Positions 16,440-25,952 of a stretch of 48,193 bases of DNA are shown here, piece after piece. Position 1 is the first letter of the stretch, and every line of letters begins with the position of its first letter. The notes under the pieces are model-generated. The model was given only the letters and a program-made list of their open reading frames with translations, did not search any database and was not told the DNA's origin. The DNA is from Bacteroidota bacterium (GTDB lineage: Bacteria > CLD3 > SB21): contig JBBIJR010000005.1 in the NCBI GenBank assembly GCA_037445875.1, positions 24,561 to 72,753 on the forward strand, in the 5' to 3' direction. A program made the position numbers and the translations under genes.

Positions 16440-18206
16440 ATGGTTTACCGTGCCCTTTGGCTGGCGGTCCTGTTCATCGGTGCATGCGCATCGCCCGGAC
16501 CTGAAGACTGGCGCACAGACTTTGAAAAGAGCAACGGTCTGGAAACGCCGACCTACGAGCAGACGGTCCGATACATTCGTCGGCTGGAGAAAGGGTCACC
16601 CTGGGTGAGGCTGAGTCATTTCGGACAGACACCGGAAGGGCGGCCGATGCCCCTGGTCGTCGTAGACAAATCCGGAAAATTCAGTCCTTCCTCTGCAAGA
16701 GCCCTCCGCAAGGCGGTGGTCCTCGTACAGGCGGGCATTCATGCGGGGGAAATCGATGGGAAGGATGCGGGACTCATGCTCGTCCGTGACATGGTCATCC
16801 ACCGGCAGCACGCGGAACTACTGGACCGCATCGTCCTCGTGTTTATTCCGATCCTCAACGTCGATGGACACGAACGCCGCAGCGCATTCAACCGGATCAA
16901 CCAGAACGGGCCAAAAGAAATGGGATGGCGTGTGACGGCGCAGAACCTGAATCTGAATCGGGATTACATGAAAGCCGACGCGCCAGAAATGCGAGCCTGG
17001 CTGAAGCTCTTTCACATGTGGAAGCCGGACCTGTTCGTGGATTGTCATGTCACGGACGGAGCCGACTACCGGCACGTTGTCACGTATGCAATGGACGTGA
17101 CCCAAAACGTGGCGGAACCGGTGCGATCGTGGAGCAGGACCGAGTATCTGCCGGAGCTTACGAAGCGCATGAAGAGTTCAGGGTTTCCCGTCAGCCCATA
17201 CGTGTGGCCGGTGGATGACAGGAACATCAGCAAAGGCATCATCGGCGGTACGGCCCCTCCCCGCTTTGCGACGGCGTATGCGACCATTTGCAACCGCCCG
17301 GCGCTCCTGATCGAGACCCACATGATGAAAGACTACCGGACACGCGTAATGGGCACGTATGCGGCACTCCTGCATACGCTCGAGATCGTCTATGATCGGT
17401 GCCAGGAACTGCAGCGGGTGGTGGAGGAATCGGACGAACAAACGGCGGGGATGATGGGCCGCACACTGGCCGTACGCTTCGAACAGACCGACCGGAGCGA
17501 TACGATCGACTTTTCAGGGTACAACTATCTTCTGGAACCCAGCGCTATCTCGAATGACGACTGGGTCGTCTGGGAAAACGTGCCGATTGATTACTCGCTG
17601 CCGTACTACAACTACGTTCGCGACACGGACACGGCGGTCGTTCCGTACGCGTTTGCCGTACCGCGCGCGTGGACGACCGTCATGGATGTGCTCCGAGTCC
17701 ACGGCGTGGAGACGCGCACGGTGGGTCGATCGGTGGCCATAGACGTTGCTTCGTACCGTTTCCGCCGGCCAGTTTGGGCAACAAAGCCTTTTGAGGGAAG
17801 AATCACGGTCGAAATGGACAGCGAACCCATTCGCGAACGGAGGACGCTCAACCGCGACGATTACTTGATCATAATGGATCAGCCTCTCAACCGCGTCATC
17901 ATGCATTTGCTGGAACCGGGGTCGCCGGATTCGTTCGTACGATGGGGCTTTTTCAATGCCATCTTCGAACAGAAGGAATACGGTGAGGCGTATATCCTCG
18001 AGAAGATGGCGCGGGATATGATCGCGACAAATCCCGACCTGGAACGCGAGTTTTTGGAGGCGGTGGGCGCGGACACGGCGCTGGCCCGTGACTCGTATCA
18101 GCGGCTGAACTGGTTCTATCAACGCTCTCCGTACTGGGACAAGACCGTGTGCGTTTATCCAATTTCTAAGATCCTACACAGGGAGGATCTGGAAAACGCC
18201 CACTAG
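16440..18206 (+). CDS. M14 family zinc carboxypeptidase, predicted lipoprotein
   Basis: Lipobox-like 'LFIGAC', zinc ligands 'GIHAGE', 'NLNRD' and 'VDCH'. Confidence 0.88.
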   Translation: MVYRALWLAVLFIGACASPGPEDWRTDFEKSNGLETPTYEQTVRYIRRLEKGSPWVRLSHFGQTPEGRPMPLVVVDKSGKFSPSSARALRKAVVLVQAGIHAGEIDGKDAGLMLVRDMVIHRQHAELLDRIVLVFIPILNVDGHERRSAFNRINQNGPKEMGWRVTAQNLNLNRDYMKADAPEMRAWLKLFHMWKPDLFVDCHVTDGADYRHVVTYAMDVTQNVAEPVRSWSRTEYLPELTKRMKSSGFPVSPYVWPVDDRNISKGIIGGTAPPRFATAYATICNRPALLIETHMMKDYRTRVMGTYAALLHTLEIVYDRCQELQRVVEESDEQTAGMMGRTLAVRFEQTDRSDTIDFSGYNYLLEPSAISNDDWVVWENVPIDYSLPYYNYVRDTDTAVVPYAFAVPRAWTTVMDVLRVHGVETRTVGRSVAIDVASYRFRRPVWATKPFEGRITVEMDSEPIRERRTLNRDDYLIIMDQPLNRVIMHLLEPGSPDSFVRWGFFNAIFEQKEYGEAYILEKMARDMIATNPDLEREFLEAVGADTALARDSYQRLNWFYQRSPYWDKTVCVYPISKILHREDLENAH

Positions 18207-18243
18207 TCCTGACCCATGACCCCGCCATGGCTTACATCGGAGA

Positions 18244-20271
18244 TTACTGCAGATATCTCCTCAACCAGTCATGGACTTCTTTGTACCAGTAGATGGAATT
18301 CTGTGGAGTAAGGATCCAGTGGTTCTCGTTGGGATAATACACGAGTCGCGCCGGGACGCCTTTGCCCTGCAGCACGCCGTAGAGCTCGAGGCCCTGCGTT
18401 GCCGGAACACGGTAGTCCCGTTCGCCGTGGAGGATCAACATAGGCGTCTTAAAGTTGTGAGCAAAGAACGCCGGGCTGTAGCGATTGACCTCTTCGTACT
18501 TGCCTTCCCACGGTGAACCGCTGTAGGATTTGGCCCGGTCGTGTGTGACATCCGACGCAAACTGTCCCATTAAATTGTAAACACCGGCGTGACTGATCAG
18601 GCACCTGAACCGATTTGTGTGACCCGCGATCCAGTTGACCATGTATCCGCCGTAACTGCCTCCCGCCGCCGCCATGCGCGTGCTGTCGACGAACGGGTAG
18701 GTGCGGATCAAGTAATCCGTGGCGAGCTGGATGTCGCGAAACGACTTATCGCCGTGCGCCCCTACGATCGACTTGGCGAAGTCGTTACCGAAACTGGTGG
18801 AGCCGTGGAAATTGACCATCGCAACGACATACCCGGGAGCGGCGAACAGCTGAGCGTTCCACCGGTAGTGAAACTCGTCCGCGAAAGTGCCGTGCGGTCC
18901 GCCGTGGATCAGATGCAGCAGAGGGTATTTCTTGCCAGGATCGAAGTCCGGCGGATAAAGCAGGTACATCTGCACGTCCCGGTCATCGGCCCCCTTGAAG
19001 GTCAGGCTCTCGACCCTTCCCATATGAAGAGAATCGAGGAGGGTCCGGTTGAAAGAAGTCCATTGAATCAGCTTCTTGTTCTTCAGGTTCCACTCGAACA
19101 GCTCCGCCGGATGGGAGAGATCGTTCTTCGTGAAAAAGAGCCGATCGCCGCGAACCTGCAGGGACCGGATACTCCCGCCCCACGCCAACCGCTGGATTTT
19201 CCCCGACTGCAGATCAAGACTGAAAATGCCGTCCCGCGCCTGTTCTTCTGCGACCATGTAAATCTCCCTGGCGGCGCGTTCCTCGAAACCGCCGAACGAA
19301 AGATCCTTCCCCTCGGTCAACACCTGACGCATTCCCGACCCCGGCTCGTAACGGACCAGATGGGCGTTATCCGGAAAACCCTTGTGCTGGCTGCGGGCGT
19401 AGTACAGGAATCTTCCGTCCCTGGAGAAGAACGGCGAAAAGTCGTCGTCGTCGTTGTCGATCGTCAGATTCTTCGCACCTGCAAAATCGCTTCCTTTCCA
19501 CAGGAAGACGTCGAGATTGATCTCCGCGTACGGAGGTCCGGTCGAATTGATAGCCAGCGCGATCCACTGTCCGTCCGGTGAAATGTCGTAATCGACGCTG
19601 CCGTCCACGGAAAGCATTCGCGTCAGACCCTTGGTCAGATCTATCCTTTCCTTCGTTTCCATGTCAAAACTGTACAGGTGTGTTACGTGGCCGTCCGTCA
19701 ACCAGCCATCCCAGTACCGGTACAGCCGGTTTTCCGTGACTCTGGCCGTCATCCTGGAGTCCTTCATTTCCTTGAGCGCTTTTCTCATCCCTTCGAAGTC
19801 GTTCTCATAATCGGGAAGAATGTCAGCGGAAAAGGCGATCCGGCGGCCGTCAGAAAAGAACTTCGGATTGGCTGCGCCCAGCGGCATTTCCGTAATGAGG
19901 CTTGCTTCTCCTCCATCGACGTCAATCCTGTACAGTTGTGGATAGTCGCCCTCCCGGCGGGAAACAAAAGCCAGCGTCCGGCCATTGGGGTGCCATGCGG
20001 GGCTGTTGTCGCTGGCCGGGTGTGTGGTCAACCGGCGGGTGTGGTTCGTGGTGAAGTCGATCAACCACAAATCGGCGTTGCCCTTGTTGTCCTTGACGGT
20101 GTACTCCGTCACGACAAAACACCCGTAGCGGCCATCCGGCGAGACGGTCAACGAAGAGATGCGCTTGAAGTTCCAAAGATCCTCGGCGGTCATCGGGCGC
20201 CGGGATTGGGCTGCGGTGAGGCCGGTTGCCGTCAAGACTGCGGACAGTGTAAGGACAACGAATCGTTTCAT
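18244..20271 (-). CDS. S9 family prolyl oligopeptidase-like serine peptidase with signal peptide and beta-propeller
   Basis: Motifs 'IHGGPH', 'GGSYGG', 'HGERDYRV' and 'ENHW', with PD40-like repeats 'SPDG'. Confidence 0.92.
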   Translation of the reverse strand: MKRFVVLTLSAVLTATGLTAAQSRRPMTAEDLWNFKRISSLTVSPDGRYGCFVVTEYTVKDNKGNADLWLIDFTTNHTRRLTTHPASDNSPAWHPNGRTLAFVSRREGDYPQLYRIDVDGGEASLITEMPLGAANPKFFSDGRRIAFSADILPDYENDFEGMRKALKEMKDSRMTARVTENRLYRYWDGWLTDGHVTHLYSFDMETKERIDLTKGLTRMLSVDGSVDYDISPDGQWIALAINSTGPPYAEINLDVFLWKGSDFAGAKNLTIDNDDDDFSPFFSRDGRFLYYARSQHKGFPDNAHLVRYEPGSGMRQVLTEGKDLSFGGFEERAAREIYMVAEEQARDGIFSLDLQSGKIQRLAWGGSIRSLQVRGDRLFFTKNDLSHPAELFEWNLKNKKLIQWTSFNRTLLDSLHMGRVESLTFKGADDRDVQMYLLYPPDFDPGKKYPLLHLIHGGPHGTFADEFHYRWNAQLFAAPGYVVAMVNFHGSTSFGNDFAKSIVGAHGDKSFRDIQLATDYLIRTYPFVDSTRMAAAGGSYGGYMVNWIAGHTNRFRCLISHAGVYNLMGQFASDVTHDRAKSYSGSPWEGKYEEVNRYSPAFFAHNFKTPMLILHGERDYRVPATQGLELYGVLQGKGVPARLVYYPNENHWILTPQNSIYWYKEVHDWLRRYLQ

Positions 20272-20301
20272 GCGAGTCCACTCCTGCTGGTGGTGGGGTT
20301 G

Positions 20302-22905
20302 TTATTCAAATCGTACGCTCTCGCGGACAAGTTTTCGGGCTGCGAAACCGGCCGGAACGATCGCTGCGATCCATGCGGTGCAGAGCACCAGGACAAACGA
20401 CAGCGCAAAAATCTCAGGCGGCAGGGCAAGTTGCAGCGTCCAACCGAAGGACTCGCGATTGATCACGAAAATCAGAATAAACGACAACGCGAGACCCAGC
20501 GATACGCCGGTGATCTCGGAAAAACAACCGATCAAACCTCCTTCGAGGAGGATCATGCGCCGGACCTGAAACCCGGCCGCTCCGACGGCCTTGAGAATTC
20601 CGATCTCTCGTTCCCGCTCCAGAATCGATGCCAGCAAGGCACCGGCTACCCCAAGGCCGGCAACGAGCAGTACGATCAGCTCCAGTGTGTACGTGACGGA
20701 AAACGTCTGGTCGAATATGCGGCCGATCTCCTCACGCAATTCGCTGTTCGAGAAAATCAATAGATTGTATCGGTCACCGAAGTGCTTGTTCAGCGATTCC
20801 CGAACCTGATGAGCGGCCGATCGATCGGTCAGGAATAAGGCGGCGTTGTTCACCGTTGAGTCGCGCCAGATGGACGAGTAGAGTTTTCGGTCGAGGAAGA
20901 GTGTTCCGTTGTCCGTTGTGTAATCATAATACACACCCTCGATCAGAAAGTCCATTTCCCCCAGCGGTGTGGGTATTCGCACACGGTCGCCGGTACCCAG
21001 GCCGTTCCTCAGGGCGAATGTCTCAGACACCGCAACGGGTCGGCGATCGAAGAAAACCGGATCGTACAGATGCGGCAATACCTCATCCGCGTCCTGCCCG
21101 ATGAAAGAAACCCGGCTCAGGCGGTGGACGACCTCCAGATCGCCGGCCGCGAGATCGATGAGACGCTCGTTCATCAGAATCCGTATTCCACGGAAAGTGT
21201 CTACGGCTTTGACCCCGGGGTGCTTTCTGCAAAAGGCAATGACCTCGTCCGGCATGGGGGTCATCGAAGCGGTCGAGAATTCGCCGCTGACTGTGAGGAA
21301 CAAGTCCGCGTTGACCGACTGATCTACCCACAGGGATACGGTCTTCCGGAAACTCTCCACCATGACGTTGACGCTGATCAACATGGCCACGGCCAGCGAA
21401 AGGGCGGCCACGGCGATGGACGTCCGGCGGAGCGATGCGCGCAAATAGCCGATCGCGAGACGCCCTTCCGTCCGCCATAGCAGCGAGACGGGACGGTCGA
21501 CGATATGCATGAGCGATCGGACAACCGTGGGGACGAGGAACGTCATGGCGACGATCATGGCAAAGGCCGCCGCGAAGCCGGCGTAGGAGAAGCCGGTGTC
21601 GTATCGCCGTTCGCTCATCAGGATCGCCATTCCCACGCCAAGGGCCACAGCCGCGACGGCAAGGTACCGTCGCGATTTGAACCGGAAGCGCGACTCCAGC
21701 ACCTGACGATGAAAAGCGTCCCGGGGTTGAACCGTAATGGCCTCCAGGCCCGGCACAACCGCAGCGACCACCGACGAGCCGATGCCGATCGATAAGCTGA
21801 ACACCAACGTCCACGTGTCTAGCTCGATGTGCCGTACGATCGTGAGAATGTACAGGGCTGTAATGCTGGATGAAATGGCCCCCATGAGCCACTGGGCCAG
21901 TACGAGTCCAAACACGATGCCGATCAGCGAACCGGCGATCCCCATGCACAACGCTTCGGCCACGAAAAGCATGAAGACGTCCCTCTTGCCGGCGCCGATC
22001 GTGCGCAGCACACTGAGTTCCTTTCTCCTTCGCAGCGCGCTGGTTGTGAGGGTGTTGTATATAAGAAACATCGCGACAAACACGCCGATCAGCGTCAGTG
22101 CCGTGAGGTTGAGCTGGAAGGAACGCAGCATCGTGCGCACCTGTTCTCCCCGGGAGCGCGGCTCACGGACGTCGAAGTTGTCGGGAAGTGTTTCTCTGAG
22201 ATAAGCCTGCAATTCGGGGAGATGCGGATCGTCGGCGGCCAGATCGATGCGGTCGAGCTTCCCGATTCGACCCAGGGACTCCTGAGCGGAGGCAATGTCG
22301 AGGAGGGCCACATTTCCGTCCAGGGCGCTGGCAGGGCCCTCTACATCGAGCAATTCGCGGATAACGAATCTGCGCCGCACGCCGTTCACAAACAGCGTAA
22401 CCGTGCTGTCTCTATCCAGCCCATGACGTTCCGCAAACGCAGCAGTTACGATCACGGCGTCGGGTTCGAGCAGAAACCGCAGAAACGACTCTGGCGTTTG
22501 TTCGGCCGCAGCGTGGTGCAGACGGTAGGTTCGTATCTTCGAATCGGTGAACACATCGATTCCTAGGACCATCAACGATTCCATACGTCCCTGTCGGTCC
22601 CGGAATTTCGCAATGGACTCCACGACGGGCGTCGCGGCGGACAGTCCCGGCAAATGTGCTACCCGGGAAAACAGCGTCTCATCGAAAGGAACGCCGTCCC
22701 TTGTGACGATCTGCAGTTGGGCCCGGCCGCTGACGGCGTCGATGGCGGCCTGAAACGATGCGACGGCGGTATGATTACTGATGCGGATGCTGGTGAAGAC
22801 CGACACTCCGACAGCGATGCCCAACACCGTAAGCAGAGTTTTGAGCTTCTCGCGGCGCATGTGCCGCAAGGTGACCCGGTGAAAGAGGAGAAAGAAACGC
22901 CTCAT
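20302..22905 (-). CDS. ABC transporter permease, duplicated FtsX/MacB type (AttFG-like)
   Basis: Two FtsX halves ('RRKELSVLRTIGA' and 'REREIGILKAVGA') and several transmembrane segments. Confidence 0.88.
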   Translation of the reverse strand: MRRFFLLFHRVTLRHMRREKLKTLLTVLGIAVGVSVFTSIRISNHTAVASFQAAIDAVSGRAQLQIVTRDGVPFDETLFSRVAHLPGLSAATPVVESIAKFRDRQGRMESLMVLGIDVFTDSKIRTYRLHHAAAEQTPESFLRFLLEPDAVIVTAAFAERHGLDRDSTVTLFVNGVRRRFVIRELLDVEGPASALDGNVALLDIASAQESLGRIGKLDRIDLAADDPHLPELQAYLRETLPDNFDVREPRSRGEQVRTMLRSFQLNLTALTLIGVFVAMFLIYNTLTTSALRRRKELSVLRTIGAGKRDVFMLFVAEALCMGIAGSLIGIVFGLVLAQWLMGAISSSITALYILTIVRHIELDTWTLVFSLSIGIGSSVVAAVVPGLEAITVQPRDAFHRQVLESRFRFKSRRYLAVAAVALGVGMAILMSERRYDTGFSYAGFAAAFAMIVAMTFLVPTVVRSLMHIVDRPVSLLWRTEGRLAIGYLRASLRRTSIAVAALSLAVAMLISVNVMVESFRKTVSLWVDQSVNADLFLTVSGEFSTASMTPMPDEVIAFCRKHPGVKAVDTFRGIRILMNERLIDLAAGDLEVVHRLSRVSFIGQDADEVLPHLYDPVFFDRRPVAVSETFALRNGLGTGDRVRIPTPLGEMDFLIEGVYYDYTTDNGTLFLDRKLYSSIWRDSTVNNAALFLTDRSAAHQVRESLNKHFGDRYNLLIFSNSELREEIGRIFDQTFSVTYTLELIVLLVAGLGVAGALLASILEREREIGILKAVGAAGFQVRRMILLEGGLIGCFSEITGVSLGLALSFILIFVINRESFGWTLQLALPPEIFALSFVLVLCTAWIAAIVPAGFAARKLVRESVRFE

Positions 22906-22940
22906 GGAAAACCTGCTAGCCGGTCTTGAACCGTATCGAA

Positions 22941-23897
22941 CTACCGGTAGACTTTGGATTTTTCAAACAGCGTATTCGCCACGATTGCGCCGAGGATCAA
23001 CGTACCGCCCAGGATCGCCCAGGCACCCGGCACTTCGCCGGTGCCAAGGTACGTCCAGATCGGATTGCTGATCGGTTCAAGAAGCGTGTAGATCGACACC
23101 TCCACGCTGGAAATCAGCTTCGCGCCGCGGGCGAAGAACAGGTAACCGAGTCCAAGCTGGAACACCCCAAGAAAAAGCAGCCCCAACCAGTCGGTTGCCG
23201 ACGGATCAAACCGGCGGCCCACCATCCCGGCCACGAACGAACCCGCGTCGACATCCGTGACCGTCACGGAGACCATGATCGACGCCAGCGTAAGGACGGT
23301 GAACAGGTTGCCCATAGCGAGATTGAACGTCGCTCGCAGCTGGTCGCCGCGAGGGTTATCGTCCGTACGGTATGACGATTCGGAGACCCGGACGTTCACT
23401 TGCAGAAGAGCAAACGACACGCCGGAGAGAATTCCCATCACGTTCCCAACGATCGACGCGGATTTGTTCTCCTCCAGAAAGAACAACGCCATACCCGAAA
23501 GACACACAACGATCGTAACGATCTCCATCCACTGTACTCTTTCTTTGAGCAGAAAGAACGAAATCACGATCACGTAAGCCGGAGCAGTGTACTGGAGGAA
23601 AACCGCATTGGCCGAAGTCGTCAGCTTATTGGCCATGACGAAGAGGGTAACGGTCAGCATGTACAACACGGCGGTGATGAACGTGTGACGAGACGGGGTA
23701 AACAGGCCCGGCACGGGTCCGCGCCGCATCTGAACGGCCACGTACACGCTGAGGAAGACGCCTGCTATCAGTGAGCGGAACAGAGCGATGGGAACGGGCG
23801 GCAGTTGGACCAGTTTGATGAACAGACCAGCGCTGCTCCAGCAAAGGGCGGCCAGAGCTACAAAGGCAACACCTTTCAGGTACGAATGGTTGGCCAT
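22941..23897 (-). CDS. EamA/DMT family transporter
   Basis: About 10 hydrophobic segments, with 'WSSAGLFIK', 'ANAVFLQYTAP' and 'LLEPISNPIW'. Confidence 0.9.
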   Translation of the reverse strand: MANHSYLKGVAFVALAALCWSSAGLFIKLVQLPPVPIALFRSLIAGVFLSVYVAVQMRRGPVPGLFTPSRHTFITAVLYMLTVTLFVMANKLTTSANAVFLQYTAPAYVIVISFFLLKERVQWMEIVTIVVCLSGMALFFLEENKSASIVGNVMGILSGVSFALLQVNVRVSESSYRTDDNPRGDQLRATFNLAMGNLFTVLTLASIMVSVTVTDVDAGSFVAGMVGRRFDPSATDWLGLLFLGVFQLGLGYLFFARGAKLISSVEVSIYTLLEPISNPIWTYLGTGEVPGAWAILGGTLILGAIVANTLFEKSKVYR

Positions 23898-23905
23898 AGA
23901 CCGGG

Positions 23906-24610
23906 TCAGTGGACGAGGGCGACCAGGTCTCGCACGGCCCGATCCACGCCGAAGAACAAGGCCCTGCTGATTACCGCGTGGCCCACGTTGATTTCTTCGA
24001 GTTCCTCGATGCCCAGCACCGAGCGGAGGTTGGTATAGTCCAGGTCGCCAGACAGCGTCACACCCAGCTTGAGTTTGGCGGCGGCCAGTGCCATGACCTT
24101 CAGATTATCAAGTTCCTGCTCCATCATCGGAATGCTCTCCGCATGCACGAACCGATGCGCGTGAAGTTCGACGTAGTCGCATCCCGTCTGCACGGCCGCC
24201 TTCAGCTGGTTGGCGTCCGGCTCGACCAGGGCGTTTACAACGATGCCCGCCTGCCGCAATCCCTGCACGGTTCCCCTGACCACGCTCTCATCTCTGACGA
24301 GATCGATACTTGTCGACCGGTGTCCCTCCCACCCTATGAGCGTGACCATTTCCGCCCCAGCCGCCGTCGCCTTTCGGACGGCCGCTTCGGAAACGGCAAG
24401 GCGAAGATTGAAATGCGAGTGGACGCTCTCCTTAAGCAAGGGGAGATCCCGGTCGACGCTTGTTGAAGGCGTGCCGGGCAGCGTATAAACGATACTGTCC
24501 ACTCCGGCCGCCTCCAACATGGCGATCACGTGGATCGGGTCGGGAACCTTTCCGCCTCCGAACTCCCGCAAGGCGACAACCGAATCGATGTTGATACCGA
24601 CACGTTTCAC
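23906..24610 (-). CDS. PdxJ-like (pyridoxine 5'-phosphate synthase fold) protein with degenerate active site
   Basis: 'RVGINID', 'PDP', 'VELH' and 'EEINVGHAVISRALFFG' match PdxJ, but the HLREDRRHI, NLE and AGHGL motifs are replaced. Confidence 0.8.
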   Translation of the reverse strand: MKRVGINIDSVVALREFGGGKVPDPIHVIAMLEAAGVDSIVYTLPGTPSTSVDRDLPLLKESVHSHFNLRLAVSEAAVRKATAAGAEMVTLIGWEGHRSTSIDLVRDESVVRGTVQGLRQAGIVVNALVEPDANQLKAAVQTGCDYVELHAHRFVHAESIPMMEQELDNLKVMALAAAKLKLGVTLSGDLDYTNLRSVLGIEELEEINVGHAVISRALFFGVDRAVRDLVALVH

Positions 24611-24636
24611 GTAAAACCTCCGTGGCTGATGAAAAT

Positions 24637-25584
24637 CTATCGGGAAGGCTTCAAGAACCGGTCCAACATCTCCGACTGGCGCTCGGCGTGGTAGGAACTG
24701 CGCACCAGGGGGCCCGATTCGACAAAACGGAAACCCATGGCAATTCCGTGCTCACGGAACATCGCAAATTCGGAAGGGTGCACATACCGTTCCACCGGCA
24801 GATGGTCCTGCGTCGGGCGGAGGTACTGACCGATGGTCACTATATCGAGACCGGTACTCCTCAGGTCGTGGAGAACATGCAGGACTTCGTCGTTGCTTTC
24901 GCCCAGACCGACCATCAGTCCGCTTTTCGTCACCATACCGTGTTTCCTTGCGCGATCCAGCAATTCGATCGACTGTGCATAACTGGCCTGCGGACGGACC
25001 ACGGGATACAGTCGCGGTACGGTCTCGATGTTGTGGTTCAGGATGTCCGGCCGTGCCTCGATCACGGTTAGCAATGCATCCGCGCCGCCGCGGAAGTCCG
25101 GAATAAGGACCTCTACACGACAGGTCGGTATCGCTTTTCGAATCTCGCGTATCGTTTCCGCGAACATGCGGGCTCCGCCATCCGGTAATTCGTCCCTGTT
25201 CACCGAAGTGATCACGGCGTGACGCAGTCCCATCCGGCGCACGGATTCCGCCACACGCACAGGTTCGTGTTCATCATTCCATGTCGGCTTGCCGGTCTTC
25301 ACGGCACAGAATCCGCAGCTGCGGGTGCAAACGTCGCCCAGGATCATGAACGTGGCCGTGCCGTGGTTCCAGCATTCGGAGATGTTCGGACAGCGCGCTT
25401 CCTCGCAGACGGTGTGCAGTTTCTTCGAAACGATCAGCGTCTTGACATGGGAGTAGCCCTCGCCGATGGGGATCTTGACCTTCAGCCATTCCGGACGTTT
25501 GAGCGGCTCTTTGCCGGCGTGTTCGGACTTCTTCTTTTCGATGTAGTCGACCTGAAGCGCGGTCATGGGATACGTGCGGCTCAT
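24637..25584 (-). CDS. lipA: Lipoyl synthase
   Basis: Auxiliary cluster motif 'CEEARCPNISEC', radical SAM motif 'CTRSCGFC' and 'RSSY'. Confidence 0.97.
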   Translation of the reverse strand: MSRTYPMTALQVDYIEKKKSEHAGKEPLKRPEWLKVKIPIGEGYSHVKTLIVSKKLHTVCEEARCPNISECWNHGTATFMILGDVCTRSCGFCAVKTGKPTWNDEHEPVRVAESVRRMGLRHAVITSVNRDELPDGGARMFAETIREIRKAIPTCRVEVLIPDFRGGADALLTVIEARPDILNHNIETVPRLYPVVRPQASYAQSIELLDRARKHGMVTKSGLMVGLGESNDEVLHVLHDLRSTGLDIVTIGQYLRPTQDHLPVERYVHPSEFAMFREHGIAMGFRFVESGPLVRSSYHAERQSEMLDRFLKPSR

Positions 25585-25597
25585 GCAGGGCGGGCTT

Positions 25598-25942
25598 TCA
25601 GGCCGGGTTCCAGCTCATGGCTTTGCCGCCGAGCAGGTGAAAGTGCAAATGGTAGACCTCCTGTCCGGCGAAACGGCCGTTGTTCACGATCACGCGATAA
25701 CCGTTTTCTTTAAGGCCCTGCTCGTCTGCGATACGGTTGACCGTAAGTAGCAGGCGTCCGACGAGGGCCTCATCCGCCTGCCGGAGATCGGCGAGCTTCT
25801 CAATATGTTTTCTCGGAATCACGAGGATGTGCGTGGGCGCTTTCGGACGGATGTCCCGGAAAGCTACCACCTCGTCGTCTTCGAACACGAATTGACCGGG
25901 TATCGCCTTAGCGGCGATCTTGCAGAAGATGCAATCGGACAT
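25598..25942 (-). CDS. Histidine triad nucleotide-binding (HIT/HinT) protein
   Basis: Motifs 'MSDCIFCKI', 'PTHILVIP' and 'GQEVYHLHFH'. The start is placed at the internal Met, 25942. Confidence 0.93.
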   Translation of the reverse strand: MSDCIFCKIAAKAIPGQFVFEDDEVVAFRDIRPKAPTHILVIPRKHIEKLADLRQADEALVGRLLLTVNRIADEQGLKENGYRVIVNNGRFAGQEVYHLHFHLLGGKAMSWNPA

Positions 25943-25952
25943 CAGCGTTCTC

